This document shows, piece by piece, positions 40,283 through 50,366 of a DNA stretch of 64,000 bases. Position 1 is the first letter of the stretch, and every line of letters starts with the position of its first letter. The position numbers and the translations under genes are program-made. The stretch lies in the IMG/VR virus record IMGVR_UViG_3300032007_000001; one strand, 5' to 3'. This DNA is from a virus. Taxonomy: Duplodnaviria; Caudoviricetes. The notes below the pieces were generated by a model that was not told where the DNA came from, did not search any database, and saw only the letters and a program-made list of their open reading frames with translations.

Positions 40283-40433
40283 ATGATATAATCAATTATG
40301 GAACATGTAAGTTCAAAGTTGTAAAATATGCAACTTTAGAAGATGTTAATCGTCTTCAAAATCAATTGAATAATTTATCTACAATTCCATACTCCAATGT
40401 AGAGTCAAAGTTTGGAAAATAGAAAAAATTTGA
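40267..40433 (+). pseudogene. Internally deleted tail-fibre remnant
   Basis: MSINLNDIINYGTCKFKVVK matches the N-termini of the 31235/32324 fibres; in another frame CRVKVWKIEKI matches the fibre C-terminus. Confidence 0.7.
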
Positions 40434-40494
40434 ATATAATTTAAGCAAACATGATAAATTAAATGTTTGCTTTTATTTTTGTTTTAGAAAATTT

Positions 40495-40842
40495 ATGAAA
40501 AGGATTTTTTATATGATGAACGAAAAATTGGAAATTGCTTTAGCAACATTTGTACATGTAGCCTATTTATTTTTTGGTGTTGGTTTCATATTTGTACCAG
40601 CAATTGTATATTTATTCTTTGGAGATGAAAGTGCATATGTGAAATTTCACGCAAAACAAGCGTTGAAAGTTCAATTTGCGCTAACTTTATCCATGGTTAT
40701 TCTTATAGCCGCATCATTCTTGGTTATCCCAATTATATTGTGGCCAGTATTCTTATTGGTTATTATTTTATATATTCCAACATCTATGTATGCTGCATAT
40801 AAAGCATTTAATTATCAAGAATATAGATACCCATTTTTATGA
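40495..40842 (+). CDS. DUF4870-like membrane protein
   Basis: A...H......P.IVY......VKFHAKQAL..Q ... YRYP. Confidence 0.7.
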   Translation: MKRIFYMMNEKLEIALATFVHVAYLFFGVGFIFVPAIVYLFFGDESAYVKFHAKQALKVQFALTLSMVILIAASFLVIPIILWPVFLLVIILYIPTSMYAAYKAFNYQEYRYPFL

Positions 40843-40850
40843 GGTAATGT

Positions 40851-41237
40851 ATGAGCAGATTAAATGACTTAAAAGAATGGTGCGCCACAACAGGAGAAGA
40901 AAAATTTCTTAAATTTATAAAAGATTATGATATGCATTATTATGAAGATTTTGAACTTGCATATCTAAAAAATGTTTCTACTCCAATAGACGAAAATAAT
41001 GATGAAAGCGAAACAATTGATGTAGAAGAACACAAAGATAGTTGGGCAAAAGAAAACAAATTAACACGCAATTCTAACAATATAGTTAGGATAAATAATA
41101 GATTTTATTTTTTTGCCACTAAAAACATGGCATTGAGGTTCATGTTCGAAGAATTTGTAAAAGAATATTCTCATAATATGAGAAAACTGTTTGAAATTAG
41201 AAAAGGTAGCATAACAAAACATTTAATTAAAAAATAA
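40851..41237 (+). CDS. Hypothetical protein (ends KHLIKK)
   Basis: ORF with RBS GAGG. Confidence 0.6.
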   Translation: MSRLNDLKEWCATTGEEKFLKFIKDYDMHYYEDFELAYLKNVSTPIDENNDESETIDVEEHKDSWAKENKLTRNSNNIVRINNRFYFFATKNMALRFMFEEFVKEYSHNMRKLFEIRKGSITKHLIKK

Positions 41238-41271
41238 AGTGCTATGTTGTATAAAAAAAGAATAACTTAAG

Positions 41272-41478
41272 GCCACTAAAAATTAGTGGCTCTTGTTTAT
41301 AATCAATACGTAAACGAACGATATTTTATTATCGATATAAATTTAATTTGAAAAATGAAGCTAGAGGGGGAAATACCTTATGGCAGTTGATTTGAGACGC
41401 CTCGACGCCAATGGCCTTAATTATTATTTTAAGGAAGTTGGTTTATTATATGACCAAAAATATGTTTCCAAAGATGAA
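41272..41478 (+). repeat. Left copy of diverged direct repeat (terminator, promoter region, first 33 codons)
   Basis: Matches 52213..52411; encodes identical MAVDLRRLDANGLNYYFKEVGLLYDQKYVSKDE. Confidence 0.85.
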
Positions 41479-42333
41479 GTACGAGTAACCAATGTTACGT
41501 TAGAAGGTAATTCTTTAGTTATATATTTTAATGACGGAACAAGGAAAAAACTTGACGAATATGATGAAGAATTTGAGAACCTAAGAACATACTTAAATGA
41601 TAAATTCAGTGAAGTTGAAAATTCTGTTAATAATATAAATTTAACTGTGACAGGCAAATGTGCTAGTGATGAAATAACATTAAGCCCAAATAATAATGTA
41701 AATATTGATATTAGTTCTGTTGATGCAGATACAATCAATGTAACATCTGTAACTGATAATAATAGATATTTAGCACTCGTTGATGGCGTTGGCAATCAGG
41801 AAGTACATAATATCGAAGATTTTTATGTTAATTGTGATAATAAAAAATTATACGTTACAAATATCGAATGTTCTGGAGATATTAAAGGTAATCGTGTATT
41901 TAATGCAGTCTGGAATGACTATGCTGAATTAATGCCTCGAGGAGAAGAAACTGAACCTGGCGATATAATCATGTTAGACCTTAAAACCAAAGATGAACGT
42001 TATATTAAAGCTACAGATAAATTAGGTACAGTAGTAGCTGGTGTTCATTCGGATGAATTTGGTATGCTAATAGGCGGAGAAAAGCCAGTTGATAGTAAAG
42101 ACCTATTAGAGTATAATATAGACAAATATATTCCAATAGCTCTATCCGGCAGAGTTCACGTTAAATTTATCGGTAAAGCTAAGAAAGGAGCTAAAGTAGT
42201 TCCTTCTTCTGAACCTGGATATGGACGTTTATATAATAAAGGAGTAGATGACCCAGATACTATTATTGGGTATTTGGTTGAAGATGATGACAAAACAGAC
42301 AAGAGAAAACTTAAAATTAGAATCACGAGGTAA
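41380..42333 (+). CDS. Tail fibre/spike with C-terminal intramolecular-chaperone (peptidase G2/S74-like) domain
   Basis: NAVWNDYAE....E..PGD, GV.SD..G..IGG, PIAL.GRV.VK. Confidence 0.7.
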   Translation: MAVDLRRLDANGLNYYFKEVGLLYDQKYVSKDEVRVTNVTLEGNSLVIYFNDGTRKKLDEYDEEFENLRTYLNDKFSEVENSVNNINLTVTGKCASDEITLSPNNNVNIDISSVDADTINVTSVTDNNRYLALVDGVGNQEVHNIEDFYVNCDNKKLYVTNIECSGDIKGNRVFNAVWNDYAELMPRGEETEPGDIIMLDLKTKDERYIKATDKLGTVVAGVHSDEFGMLIGGEKPVDSKDLLEYNIDKYIPIALSGRVHVKFIGKAKKGAKVVPSSEPGYGRLYNKGVDDPDTIIGYLVEDDDKTDKRKLKIRITR

Positions 42334-43309
42334 ATTAGACTTAATTATTAAGCCTACACAAGCTTGCAATTTTGCTTGTGAATTTTGTTCTTCTAATGAT
42401 ATTAGTAATAGTAATAATAAAATATTACCATTAGATTTTCTCTGTGATTATATATTAAAAAATAATATTAATAGAATAATAGTAAACGGAGGAGACCCAT
42501 TGATGGTATCTCCCGTTTATTATTTGAAATTGTTGTCTTTCGTAGATGCTAATAAATTGGATGTCCATATATCATTTACTACTAATCTTTGGGATTTTTA
42601 TATTAATCCAAGCAAATGGGTAAATATATTTAAGAATTCTAAAGTTGGTATATGTACAAGTTTTCAATATGGAAATGAAAGAAAACTGAGAGATGGAACT
42701 ATTTTTTCGGAAAAATTATTTGTAAAAGTATTCAATAAATTCAAAGAATTAATAGGATATAATCCAATGTTTATTGTTGTTATTAATAAAAACAATGAAC
42801 ATTTGGCATTAAAACATGTGGAATTAGCCAAAAAATTAAATACAAAATGCAAAATGAATCCAGCATTGGCATCTGGACGAACAACAGAACCTTATCCTTT
42901 ATATAAAATGTACAATATATATGTGGATATTATTAAGCATGGATTATCTGATTATGAATTTAATTCTAAAGAAATAGTAAAATTATATAATAATCAACCC
43001 GCATGTTGTCCATATAGCAGAAATTGTTATAAAGGGATAAGATGCATTGACCCGGACTTAAATATATATACATGCGGAGCTTTTAACGATAATCATAACA
43101 ATAAAGATTATGCTATTCATAGTGGAAATTTTATTGCAAAAGATTATCCTTTTATAAAAAACGAGTGCTTAGCTTGTGAGTTATTCAAATTTTGCAATTC
43201 ATGCTATAAAAATATAGCCGATATTAAAAATTTTAATTTAATAGATGAGCACTGTATTGGTATGAAAAAGATAGGCAAAGAATTATGCAAAGTATGTACA
43301 TTAAATTAA
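42248..43309 (+). CDS. Radical SAM/SPASM enzyme 1 (start uncertain)
   Basis: LIIKPT..CNFACEFC, NGGDPL, TTNL; C-terminal CP...C ... C..C.....C..C......C. Confidence 0.85.
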   Translation: MTQILLLGIWLKMMTKQTRENLKLESRGKLDLIIKPTQACNFACEFCSSNDISNSNNKILPLDFLCDYILKNNINRIIVNGGDPLMVSPVYYLKLLSFVDANKLDVHISFTTNLWDFYINPSKWVNIFKNSKVGICTSFQYGNERKLRDGTIFSEKLFVKVFNKFKELIGYNPMFIVVINKNNEHLALKHVELAKKLNTKCKMNPALASGRTTEPYPLYKMYNIYVDIIKHGLSDYEFNSKEIVKLYNNQPACCPYSRNCYKGIRCIDPDLNIYTCGAFNDNHNNKDYAIHSGNFIAKDYPFIKNECLACELFKFCNSCYKNIADIKNFNLIDEHCIGMKKIGKELCKVCTLN

Positions 43310-44142
43310 CTGAATCATGCAACTTAAAATGTCCGTTTTGTTATGTTGTTCAGAATAATAATAAAATGACATTAAAAACCGCATTAGAATCAATAGATAA
43401 GTATAATCCTGAAGAAATAATATTTCATGGTGGCGAACCAACATTAGAGAAAAAATTAATATTAAATATCTTAAAAAATAGACCAAATTATAAATATTCA
43501 ATAACAACAAATCTAATGACAAATATTGATAAGGAATTGGAATATATATTAAAAAAATGTTCAGTTGCAACAAGTTATTCATATGATAGATTTATCAATA
43601 AGAATCAATTTGATAAATTTAAGAGTAATTTTAATAAGGTTATTAAAATAAATGATATTACTTTGTTAATAACATTAACACCAAAACAACTGATAAGACC
43701 AACCAAAGAATTATGTAATATTATTAAAGAATTAAATCCTACTAATGTTACATTAGAACGAGTAAGGTTAGATTATATAACTGACATAAATGAATATAAA
43801 AATTTATATAAACTTACTGACGAATATTTGTATGAAATATTTTCTAGAGGTCTAATACCAATAGAAAAGAACAATCTATACAAAATGATAGTTAAATCAA
43901 TTAAAACCAATACACCAGTTTTTAGTAATTGTAATGTAATAACTGTTAACCCAGATGGGTCTGTTATTAATTGTCCAAATGGACCATTAGAAAAGAAAAG
44001 ATTAAAGGAATGTATTACTTGTAATATATATCAATATTGCAAAAATGATTGCCAGAGTTTTTCATCATTGGCATGTAGTTTTCCTATTAAAACTGTAAGC
44101 TTTGTAAAGGAGGCGCTGTATAATGGCAGTAACGAAAGATAA
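43285..44142 (+). CDS. Radical SAM/SPASM enzyme 2
   Basis: CNLKCPFC, HGGEPT, TTNL, NPDG....CP, C..C.....C...C......C. Confidence 0.85.
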   Translation: MQSMYIKLTESCNLKCPFCYVVQNNNKMTLKTALESIDKYNPEEIIFHGGEPTLEKKLILNILKNRPNYKYSITTNLMTNIDKELEYILKKCSVATSYSYDRFINKNQFDKFKSNFNKVIKINDITLLITLTPKQLIRPTKELCNIIKELNPTNVTLERVRLDYITDINEYKNLYKLTDEYLYEIFSRGLIPIEKNNLYKMIVKSIKTNTPVFSNCNVITVNPDGSVINCPNGPLEKKRLKECITCNIYQYCKNDCQSFSSLACSFPIKTVSFVKEALYNGSNER

Positions 44143-44704
44143 TGTTATATCGTTATCAGAACTTTGTAATTACATAAATACCAATGTAGTAGATTATATA
44201 CAATCTCAAATACAATACTATAAAGAAAATCCTCCTCCGAATTTTAGTGGTAATGAAGATTATCTTCATTCTGGAACAACATTAGAAACCTTAACTCCAG
44301 ATATTATTACTAATTCAAATGATAAAATTAGTTTTAACGTATTGTATGAAAAATTGCAGCAATTATTTAAGAATTGGGCATTAGTAAGAATAATTGCTCA
44401 TACATATTATGTTGGTAATAATACAAATGGTGGAACAATAACTTATACTAGTAATGAATATTCCGGATATGCTTATTTAACAACAGACCCAAAAGATAAT
44501 TCTCTTACATTAACCAATTTGTTAAATACTAAAATAACCACAGACCATCTATCAAATATAGTATCAAAAATTAAAAATAGATGGTTTACAGTAGCGTCTG
44601 CTGACCAACAAAATACAGATACAACCAATTGTCATACGAATTGCCACAGCAGTTGTCACAGCAGCTGTCACAGTAGTTGTCATGGGAGTAGTGGTGGCTG
44701 GTGA
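44123..44704 (+). CDS. Candidate radical-SAM substrate protein with C-terminal (CHxx)5 repeat
   Basis: Ends TTNCHTNCHSSCHSSCHSSCHGSSGGW; sits among the rSAM genes. Confidence 0.7.
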   Translation: MAVTKDNVISLSELCNYINTNVVDYIQSQIQYYKENPPPNFSGNEDYLHSGTTLETLTPDIITNSNDKISFNVLYEKLQQLFKNWALVRIIAHTYYVGNNTNGGTITYTSNEYSGYAYLTTDPKDNSLTLTNLLNTKITTDHLSNIVSKIKNRWFTVASADQQNTDTTNCHTNCHSSCHSSCHSSCHGSSGGW

Positions 44705-45441
44705 TTAATATGAATGAGAATATTATTAAGACACAGATACCTTTTGATGATGAACTGCTTGACAAATGCTTAAATGATGACGATGGTTCTTTATATGTCA
44801 TTGAATTTGATAAAAGCCAATATAAAGATGTTCGTTTTTTGAACTATATATATAATTTGGAATTAAAAAATTTTATAGTAAATTTTCAAAACCTAAGTAC
44901 AGAATTGTCAGATATTTTGATTGAATATATAACTATCAACAAAATACTGAGCGTTGACATATTTAACAGAATATGGATAAATGTATTGGAAAAACATTTA
45001 TTTAATAAACATTATGATAATGAACAATATGATGCATTTTTAAGTGAATTTATCAATAAAAATCATAACATCATAGAAGAATTATCAATAATATTATGTT
45101 CTCTTAAGTCTTATTTGTTGCAATTTACTTTTAATAAAAATTTTGATATAACCAAATACTTAAATAATAGTGAAGAATTCAAACAAATAGGTATTAATTT
45201 AGTATCATTAAGAAATTCAATAACGTTTTGGAATTTATTTGAAGAACTTGATAATGCTAAAAACATAAATATCAAAAAATATAAGAATTTTTATAACAAT
45301 TCATTTGAAGGATATAATATAGATAAGTATTTTCTTAAAGAATTCAACCCATTGGGATTAATATTTACAATGTCAAATGATAATTATAAGCAACTTAATG
45401 ATTTTACAAAGGAATTAAAATGTACGTTTACATCAGATTAA
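44701..45441 (+). CDS. Hypothetical accessory protein of the rSAM operon
   Basis: Overlapping start and stop with neighbours. Confidence 0.65.
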   Translation: MINMNENIIKTQIPFDDELLDKCLNDDDGSLYVIEFDKSQYKDVRFLNYIYNLELKNFIVNFQNLSTELSDILIEYITINKILSVDIFNRIWINVLEKHLFNKHYDNEQYDAFLSEFINKNHNIIEELSIILCSLKSYLLQFTFNKNFDITKYLNNSEEFKQIGINLVSLRNSITFWNLFEELDNAKNINIKKYKNFYNNSFEGYNIDKYFLKEFNPLGLIFTMSNDNYKQLNDFTKELKCTFTSD

Positions 45442-46334
45442 CTGAAAAATGTAACTTAAATTGTGAACATTGTTTTAACAATATTAGAACTAATAAAATT
45501 ATAGATTTTGATAAATTAAAAGTTGTTCTTACCAACTTGAATAAAAGATTCAATAATAATATTTTTATAATTCATGGTGGAGAACCACTTTTGGTGAACA
45601 CAAAAGACATAATAAAATTAATCAACGATTTTCCAAATAATAAATGGCAAATTACAACGAATCTGATTTATGATTTAACAGATGATATGATAAGTTTGTT
45701 CAAACTCATAAATATATTAAGAATTTCGTTTGATATAAAAATCAGATTCAATAATTTTAGAAATTTACATACATGGGTTAAAAATATCAAAATATTGAAA
45801 CAAAATAATATTGACATTAACTTAAACTTGTGTTTAACGAAATATTTGATTAATCATAGTATTAGCAGTTTCATTAATTTTATAAATAGATTGGACACAA
45901 AAACATATAGATTAGAAATTCTTAGATATCATGGAAATGTTAATTGTAAAAGTCAATTTGTTATTAATAATAATCAAATAGACGATTGGATTTTTGATTT
46001 ATATAAATATGATAAAACTGATAATAGATGCATTAACATACAAGAAATAAAACATTGTATAAATAGTAAAAATAGTTTTTATAAAACCTGTTGTAATAAT
46101 ACATTAACTATTAATAGTGACTTAAGTATTGGTAATTGTCCAGCATATACGAGCAATAATTCAAAATTATTGTTGGATGAAATTTTACATAATCATAGAA
46201 AAATTCGTAATGAATGCTTAATATGTGATTATTACCAATATTGTCGTGGTTGGTGTAATAAAATGAATTGGACTAATAACATATGTCCTTTTCCAAAGAA
46301 ATTAGCTAATGAAATACTGGAGGGTATGAAATGA
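45420..46334 (+). CDS. Radical SAM/SPASM enzyme 3
   Basis: CNLNCEHC, HGGEPL, TTNL, CC...TIN.D....CP, C..C.....C.G.C.......CP. Confidence 0.85.
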   Translation: MYVYIRLTEKCNLNCEHCFNNIRTNKIIDFDKLKVVLTNLNKRFNNNIFIIHGGEPLLVNTKDIIKLINDFPNNKWQITTNLIYDLTDDMISLFKLINILRISFDIKIRFNNFRNLHTWVKNIKILKQNNIDINLNLCLTKYLINHSISSFINFINRLDTKTYRLEILRYHGNVNCKSQFVINNNQIDDWIFDLYKYDKTDNRCINIQEIKHCINSKNSFYKTCCNNTLTINSDLSIGNCPAYTSNNSKLLLDEILHNHRKIRNECLICDYYQYCRGWCNKMNWTNNICPFPKKLANEILEGMK

Positions 46335-47551
46335 TAATAAATATATTTGAGAAGCCATTCAGTAAAACGGAATTTAAGAAATTTGACGATAACGTTGATT
46401 TTACAAATGGCAAGATAAATAATTATAATGCTATAATCAACGATGATATGATACTTATAAATTCAGAATGGTATAATTCGGATGAAACTACAACAACGGC
46501 ATTGTATAATAAATCATCTGATATTAAAACCTCAAACAATTATATTGAAATTGATAATGTAATTTGTAAAAATATTCCTACTTTTGGTGTAACTCTTGAA
46601 GACAATTTTAATATATTGCAATTCAATTTAACTAGAGAAGAAGTTAATAATAGCAACGTAATGTCATCAATCATTAAACATAGAGGTTGTTTAATGTTTT
46701 GGGACACTAACAAAAAATATAATTATTCTAGTAAAGAAATTGATGAAAATAAATTAAAAGAATTAGTTGCTATATATAAGAAACAAGGATATATTGCACC
46801 ATTAGTTTTGTATGCAGATAAGGATTTTATTAGACCCTATTATCATGATTATATTATCTACTTGTATAAAGTACTTAATTTAGATATTCTACCAGTTCGT
46901 ATCATAACATATAAAGATATAAGATACATTAAAAATATTGATGAATTAATATATAATAAAATCAAATCGATACAAAGCAATAAATACTATGAAGCTGTTG
47001 ATAATGAAGACATGTCGCCTTACATGATATCAAATTACAGCAATAAAAGAGATATTATAAAAAAATATCTCAATGGTCAGTTTAACAACTTGCAATTCGA
47101 TGATTTGCATGAATTTTTGCCTTATGTTTTTAACGACGAAAAAGAAAACTTAAATAAAAATTTAATAACGAATGTAATGAATCATGATTTTTCTAAATAT
47201 TTCTACTTAAAAAATGGAAAACAATTTTATAGTATGTCATTGAGTGAGTCACTATTTAATTATCTTAATGGACATTTAGATACTAAAGAAATTAGTATTA
47301 CAGAAGACCAGATAATTAAAAAATTTCCAAAATTTGAAATAAAAAAAATAATTGACTTTGACCCATCTTTGCTTGCATTAGATTATTTTGATTATAATAT
47401 CAACAACGAAATAATTGGTGAGATTAGTAAACAATTTGGTAGAAATTGTTTATATGAAGAATCGCCAAATGCATTAATAGACTTTCATGTATTAAACGAT
47501 TTATTAAATGGTTCTGAAACCAAAATAAAAATTCTTAAAATAAAGAAATGA
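46331..47551 (+). CDS. Hypothetical protein of the rSAM operon
   Basis: ATGA overlap; weak ParB-like segment (L....K.QG..APLV). Confidence 0.6.
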   Translation: MIINIFEKPFSKTEFKKFDDNVDFTNGKINNYNAIINDDMILINSEWYNSDETTTTALYNKSSDIKTSNNYIEIDNVICKNIPTFGVTLEDNFNILQFNLTREEVNNSNVMSSIIKHRGCLMFWDTNKKYNYSSKEIDENKLKELVAIYKKQGYIAPLVLYADKDFIRPYYHDYIIYLYKVLNLDILPVRIITYKDIRYIKNIDELIYNKIKSIQSNKYYEAVDNEDMSPYMISNYSNKRDIIKKYLNGQFNNLQFDDLHEFLPYVFNDEKENLNKNLITNVMNHDFSKYFYLKNGKQFYSMSLSESLFNYLNGHLDTKEISITEDQIIKKFPKFEIKKIIDFDPSLLALDYFDYNINNEIIGEISKQFGRNCLYEESPNALIDFHVLNDLLNGSETKIKILKIKK

Positions 47552-47556
47552 GTTAA

Positions 47557-48378
47557 ATGTTCATAAACACATTAAGCAAAATTATATTTATTAATAAGAG
47601 TTCCGAACCAAAAATTAAAATATGTAAATTTTTGAGTTATAGTTATTTAGAAGATTATAAAAAACTAAAAAAGTCATATCCAACAATTGAATTTTTATAT
47701 AAAGATTTATTAAAGCAAAGTAGAATTTATAATAAATTCAATAACTATCACATATTCATATTTGATAATGATGATTTTATCAATGCGTTAATTGATTACT
47801 GCGTATTATTACAATTGGATAAAACTGCATTGGATAAAATGATAGAATATTCAAATGTTTGCGAAATGTATGAAGAAAATCATCAATATTTCATTTCTGT
47901 ATATGATGAAGATTTTATATTAGATACCAGTAAAATTGTACTCAATAAATCAAAGATACATATTAAAGATTTATCAATGTTTCCAGCAGAATTTTTTGTT
48001 AATTGTATGGATAATAATATTGCTATACAAAAATACTCTAGAATGAGATTATTTGATTTATACATCACTATAAAAGACTTACAATATTTATTAATAAAAG
48101 AAAATAAAAGTATTCCAAAAGAACTTCAATGTTTTGGAAACAGTGACCAAACAACCTTATTATTGGAAAATAATGATATATTTAATAATGTTATAAAAAC
48201 ATTAAACGAATACAATGTTGATACAAATAAATTTACTTGTCCAATCAATAAGTACTTGGACTTAAATCCAAATTTTGGATACGATAGGTATTTCATGACA
48301 AAATATAATTATATGTTGGCTAAATACTTAAAATCTATTAATTATAGGATAACACAATATGTTGCGAAAAGATTATGA
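47557..48378 (+). CDS. Hypothetical protein of the rSAM operon
   Basis: ORF. Confidence 0.6.
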   Translation: MFINTLSKIIFINKSSEPKIKICKFLSYSYLEDYKKLKKSYPTIEFLYKDLLKQSRIYNKFNNYHIFIFDNDDFINALIDYCVLLQLDKTALDKMIEYSNVCEMYEENHQYFISVYDEDFILDTSKIVLNKSKIHIKDLSMFPAEFFVNCMDNNIAIQKYSRMRLFDLYITIKDLQYLLIKENKSIPKELQCFGNSDQTTLLLENNDIFNNVIKTLNEYNVDTNKFTCPINKYLDLNPNFGYDRYFMTKYNYMLAKYLKSINYRITQYVAKRL

Positions 48379-49189
48379 ACATATAGAAAAAACATTTTTT
48401 TCTATTAAAAATGAACCAATAGGATATAGTTATCCAGATATGTATTCTGCTTATAAAAATTTTTCAAAAAATTTTAATATACCTATAGGCAATTTTATAT
48501 TAACAAATGGTTGCGAAAATGCCATTAGGATATTATTATCTTTATTCTCTAAAGAAATAACTACAGAAAAACCTCTTTTAATAGAAAAACCAGGGTGGGA
48601 ATTAGTATCTGTATTAGCATATGCTATGGATATACCTTATAAATTCTATTATTATGATAATGAATTTAAGACTAATTATGATAAAACTCATATAGTTTAT
48701 ACGACAGATACTTATAATAATGTAATCAAACATGAGTTTCCATCTGGTGAAGCAGATATTTATATAATAGATGAATCTTATACGATGAAACATTATTTTA
48801 ATGAAATACAAATACAAGATAATCACATAATCATTGGGTCATTTAGTAAGTTGGTTGACCCAGGTATAAGATTAGGATATATATTGTTTTCAGATAAATA
48901 TAGAGATAAAATGAATTTGTTAAGAGAGCAATATGTTAATAAAAATGCAGTAGATATATTAAAAAATTTATTTATAAAAAAGCCAGATTTTACAAAACCC
49001 AAAATTGAAAATAGCGAATTAATTGTGGCTTCACATTCTACTTATCTTACATTAAAAATTAATGATTTCCCGCTCAGTCATAAAAAATTTTCAATAAACA
49101 ATATTAATTACTGTAGAATAGGTAGACTTTCTGATAAATCTCAGGAGGTACTATTATTAAATGACATACTCAGAAACATTAAAGAATAG
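48359..49189 (+). CDS. PLP-dependent class I/II aminotransferase-like (HisC/CobD-type), compact
   Basis: YPD, LTNG.E.AI, IIDESY, SFSK...PGIRLGY. Confidence 0.75.
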   Translation: MLRKDYEHIEKTFFSIKNEPIGYSYPDMYSAYKNFSKNFNIPIGNFILTNGCENAIRILLSLFSKEITTEKPLLIEKPGWELVSVLAYAMDIPYKFYYYDNEFKTNYDKTHIVYTTDTYNNVIKHEFPSGEADIYIIDESYTMKHYFNEIQIQDNHIIIGSFSKLVDPGIRLGYILFSDKYRDKMNLLREQYVNKNAVDILKNLFIKKPDFTKPKIENSELIVASHSTYLTLKINDFPLSHKKFSINNINYCRIGRLSDKSQEVLLLNDILRNIKE

Positions 49190-49958
49190 ATATAAAATTA
49201 ATAATAATGATAATGAAATAGATTGCTTAAAAACTATATGTATTAATGTAACAGACTATTGCAACTTAAAATGTTCTTATTGCCCGCACGGGCATTCTTT
49301 TAATAGTAAAGAACATATTATGAATCTAAATACATTGGACAAATTAATAGAAAGACTTAATGAACTTAACTATAAAAATAGATTAACTATATCTGGATTT
49401 GGAGAACCAATGCTTCATCCATATATAGATATAATTATAAATAAACTGAAAAAATTTAATGTAGAAATATTAACAAATGGGTTAGTGGTTCCTAAGAATA
49501 AAACATCAATATTGAAAAACGCTAACAAAATAATTGTTAGCGTTCATAACATAAATGATTTAGATAAAATAAAAGAATTTTGGCCAAATGCAATAATAAG
49601 AAATCATGATATTGCTGATAAAAATTGCGAATTAATAGTAACGAATAGAGCTGGGTACTTAAACGATAAATATATAGATAATATATGTTCTTGCCCTTTT
49701 TACAAAATGTTTATAGATTATGACGGTTCGTATTTATTGTGTGCTGATGATTTCAAAAGAAAATCATTTCATAATCAAGTAAACATATTTAATCTATCAA
49801 TTAAAGATTATTTCATCAATTGCTTAAAAACAACCAAAATTAATATGCTTAATAGTAGAAAACTAATCGAGCCTTGTAATAAATGCAATATTAATGGAAC
49901 TGTATACGGATTAGATATAATTGAAAAATTCAAAAAAGAGGTATTAAAAATTGGATAA
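49161..49958 (+). CDS. Radical SAM enzyme 4 (twitch/SPASM)
   Basis: CNLKCSYC, SGFGEP.LHP, TNG, NRAG, C..PF....ID.DG....C, PC..C. Confidence 0.85.
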   Translation: MTYSETLKNRYKINNNDNEIDCLKTICINVTDYCNLKCSYCPHGHSFNSKEHIMNLNTLDKLIERLNELNYKNRLTISGFGEPMLHPYIDIIINKLKKFNVEILTNGLVVPKNKTSILKNANKIIVSVHNINDLDKIKEFWPNAIIRNHDIADKNCELIVTNRAGYLNDKYIDNICSCPFYKMFIDYDGSYLLCADDFKRKSFHNQVNIFNLSIKDYFINCLKTTKINMLNSRKLIEPCNKCNINGTVYGLDIIEKFKKEVLKIG

Positions 49959-50364
49959 TAGAAAAATAGGCAAATTTAAGGATATGTTTTATTTAATAGA
50001 TGAAAAAATTAGAAAGAATGTATTTAAGTTAAATCAAGCTGGATTTGTTACTTTTACAAGCAGTCAGGGAAATAATATAGAATTACCAAAAATTGGGATA
50101 GTATGTAAATCGTTATATGAAGCAAATGAAATAATAAAATTAATTGATACAAATAAAACAAATATATGGTATGAATTGTCAAATAGATGGTATAAAGAAA
50201 ATCCAATGTGTTGTAACGAAATAAATTATGATAATCAAACTAATTGTGATAATATATGTAAACCGTTCGATTTAGATTGGGACAGATGCTATTTTTTATT
50301 ATTTAAGGCTAAAACATTGAAAGAATTAGATGATTTGACCGATTTTCTAATTAAGAAGGAATAA
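49951..50364 (+). CDS. Hypothetical protein with TYW3-like N-terminal motif
   Basis: IDE.I...V..LN..G..T..S.QG. Confidence 0.45.
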   Translation: MDNRKIGKFKDMFYLIDEKIRKNVFKLNQAGFVTFTSSQGNNIELPKIGIVCKSLYEANEIIKLIDTNKTNIWYELSNRWYKENPMCCNEINYDNQTNCDNICKPFDLDWDRCYFLLFKAKTLKELDDLTDFLIKKE

Positions 50365-50366
50365 TA

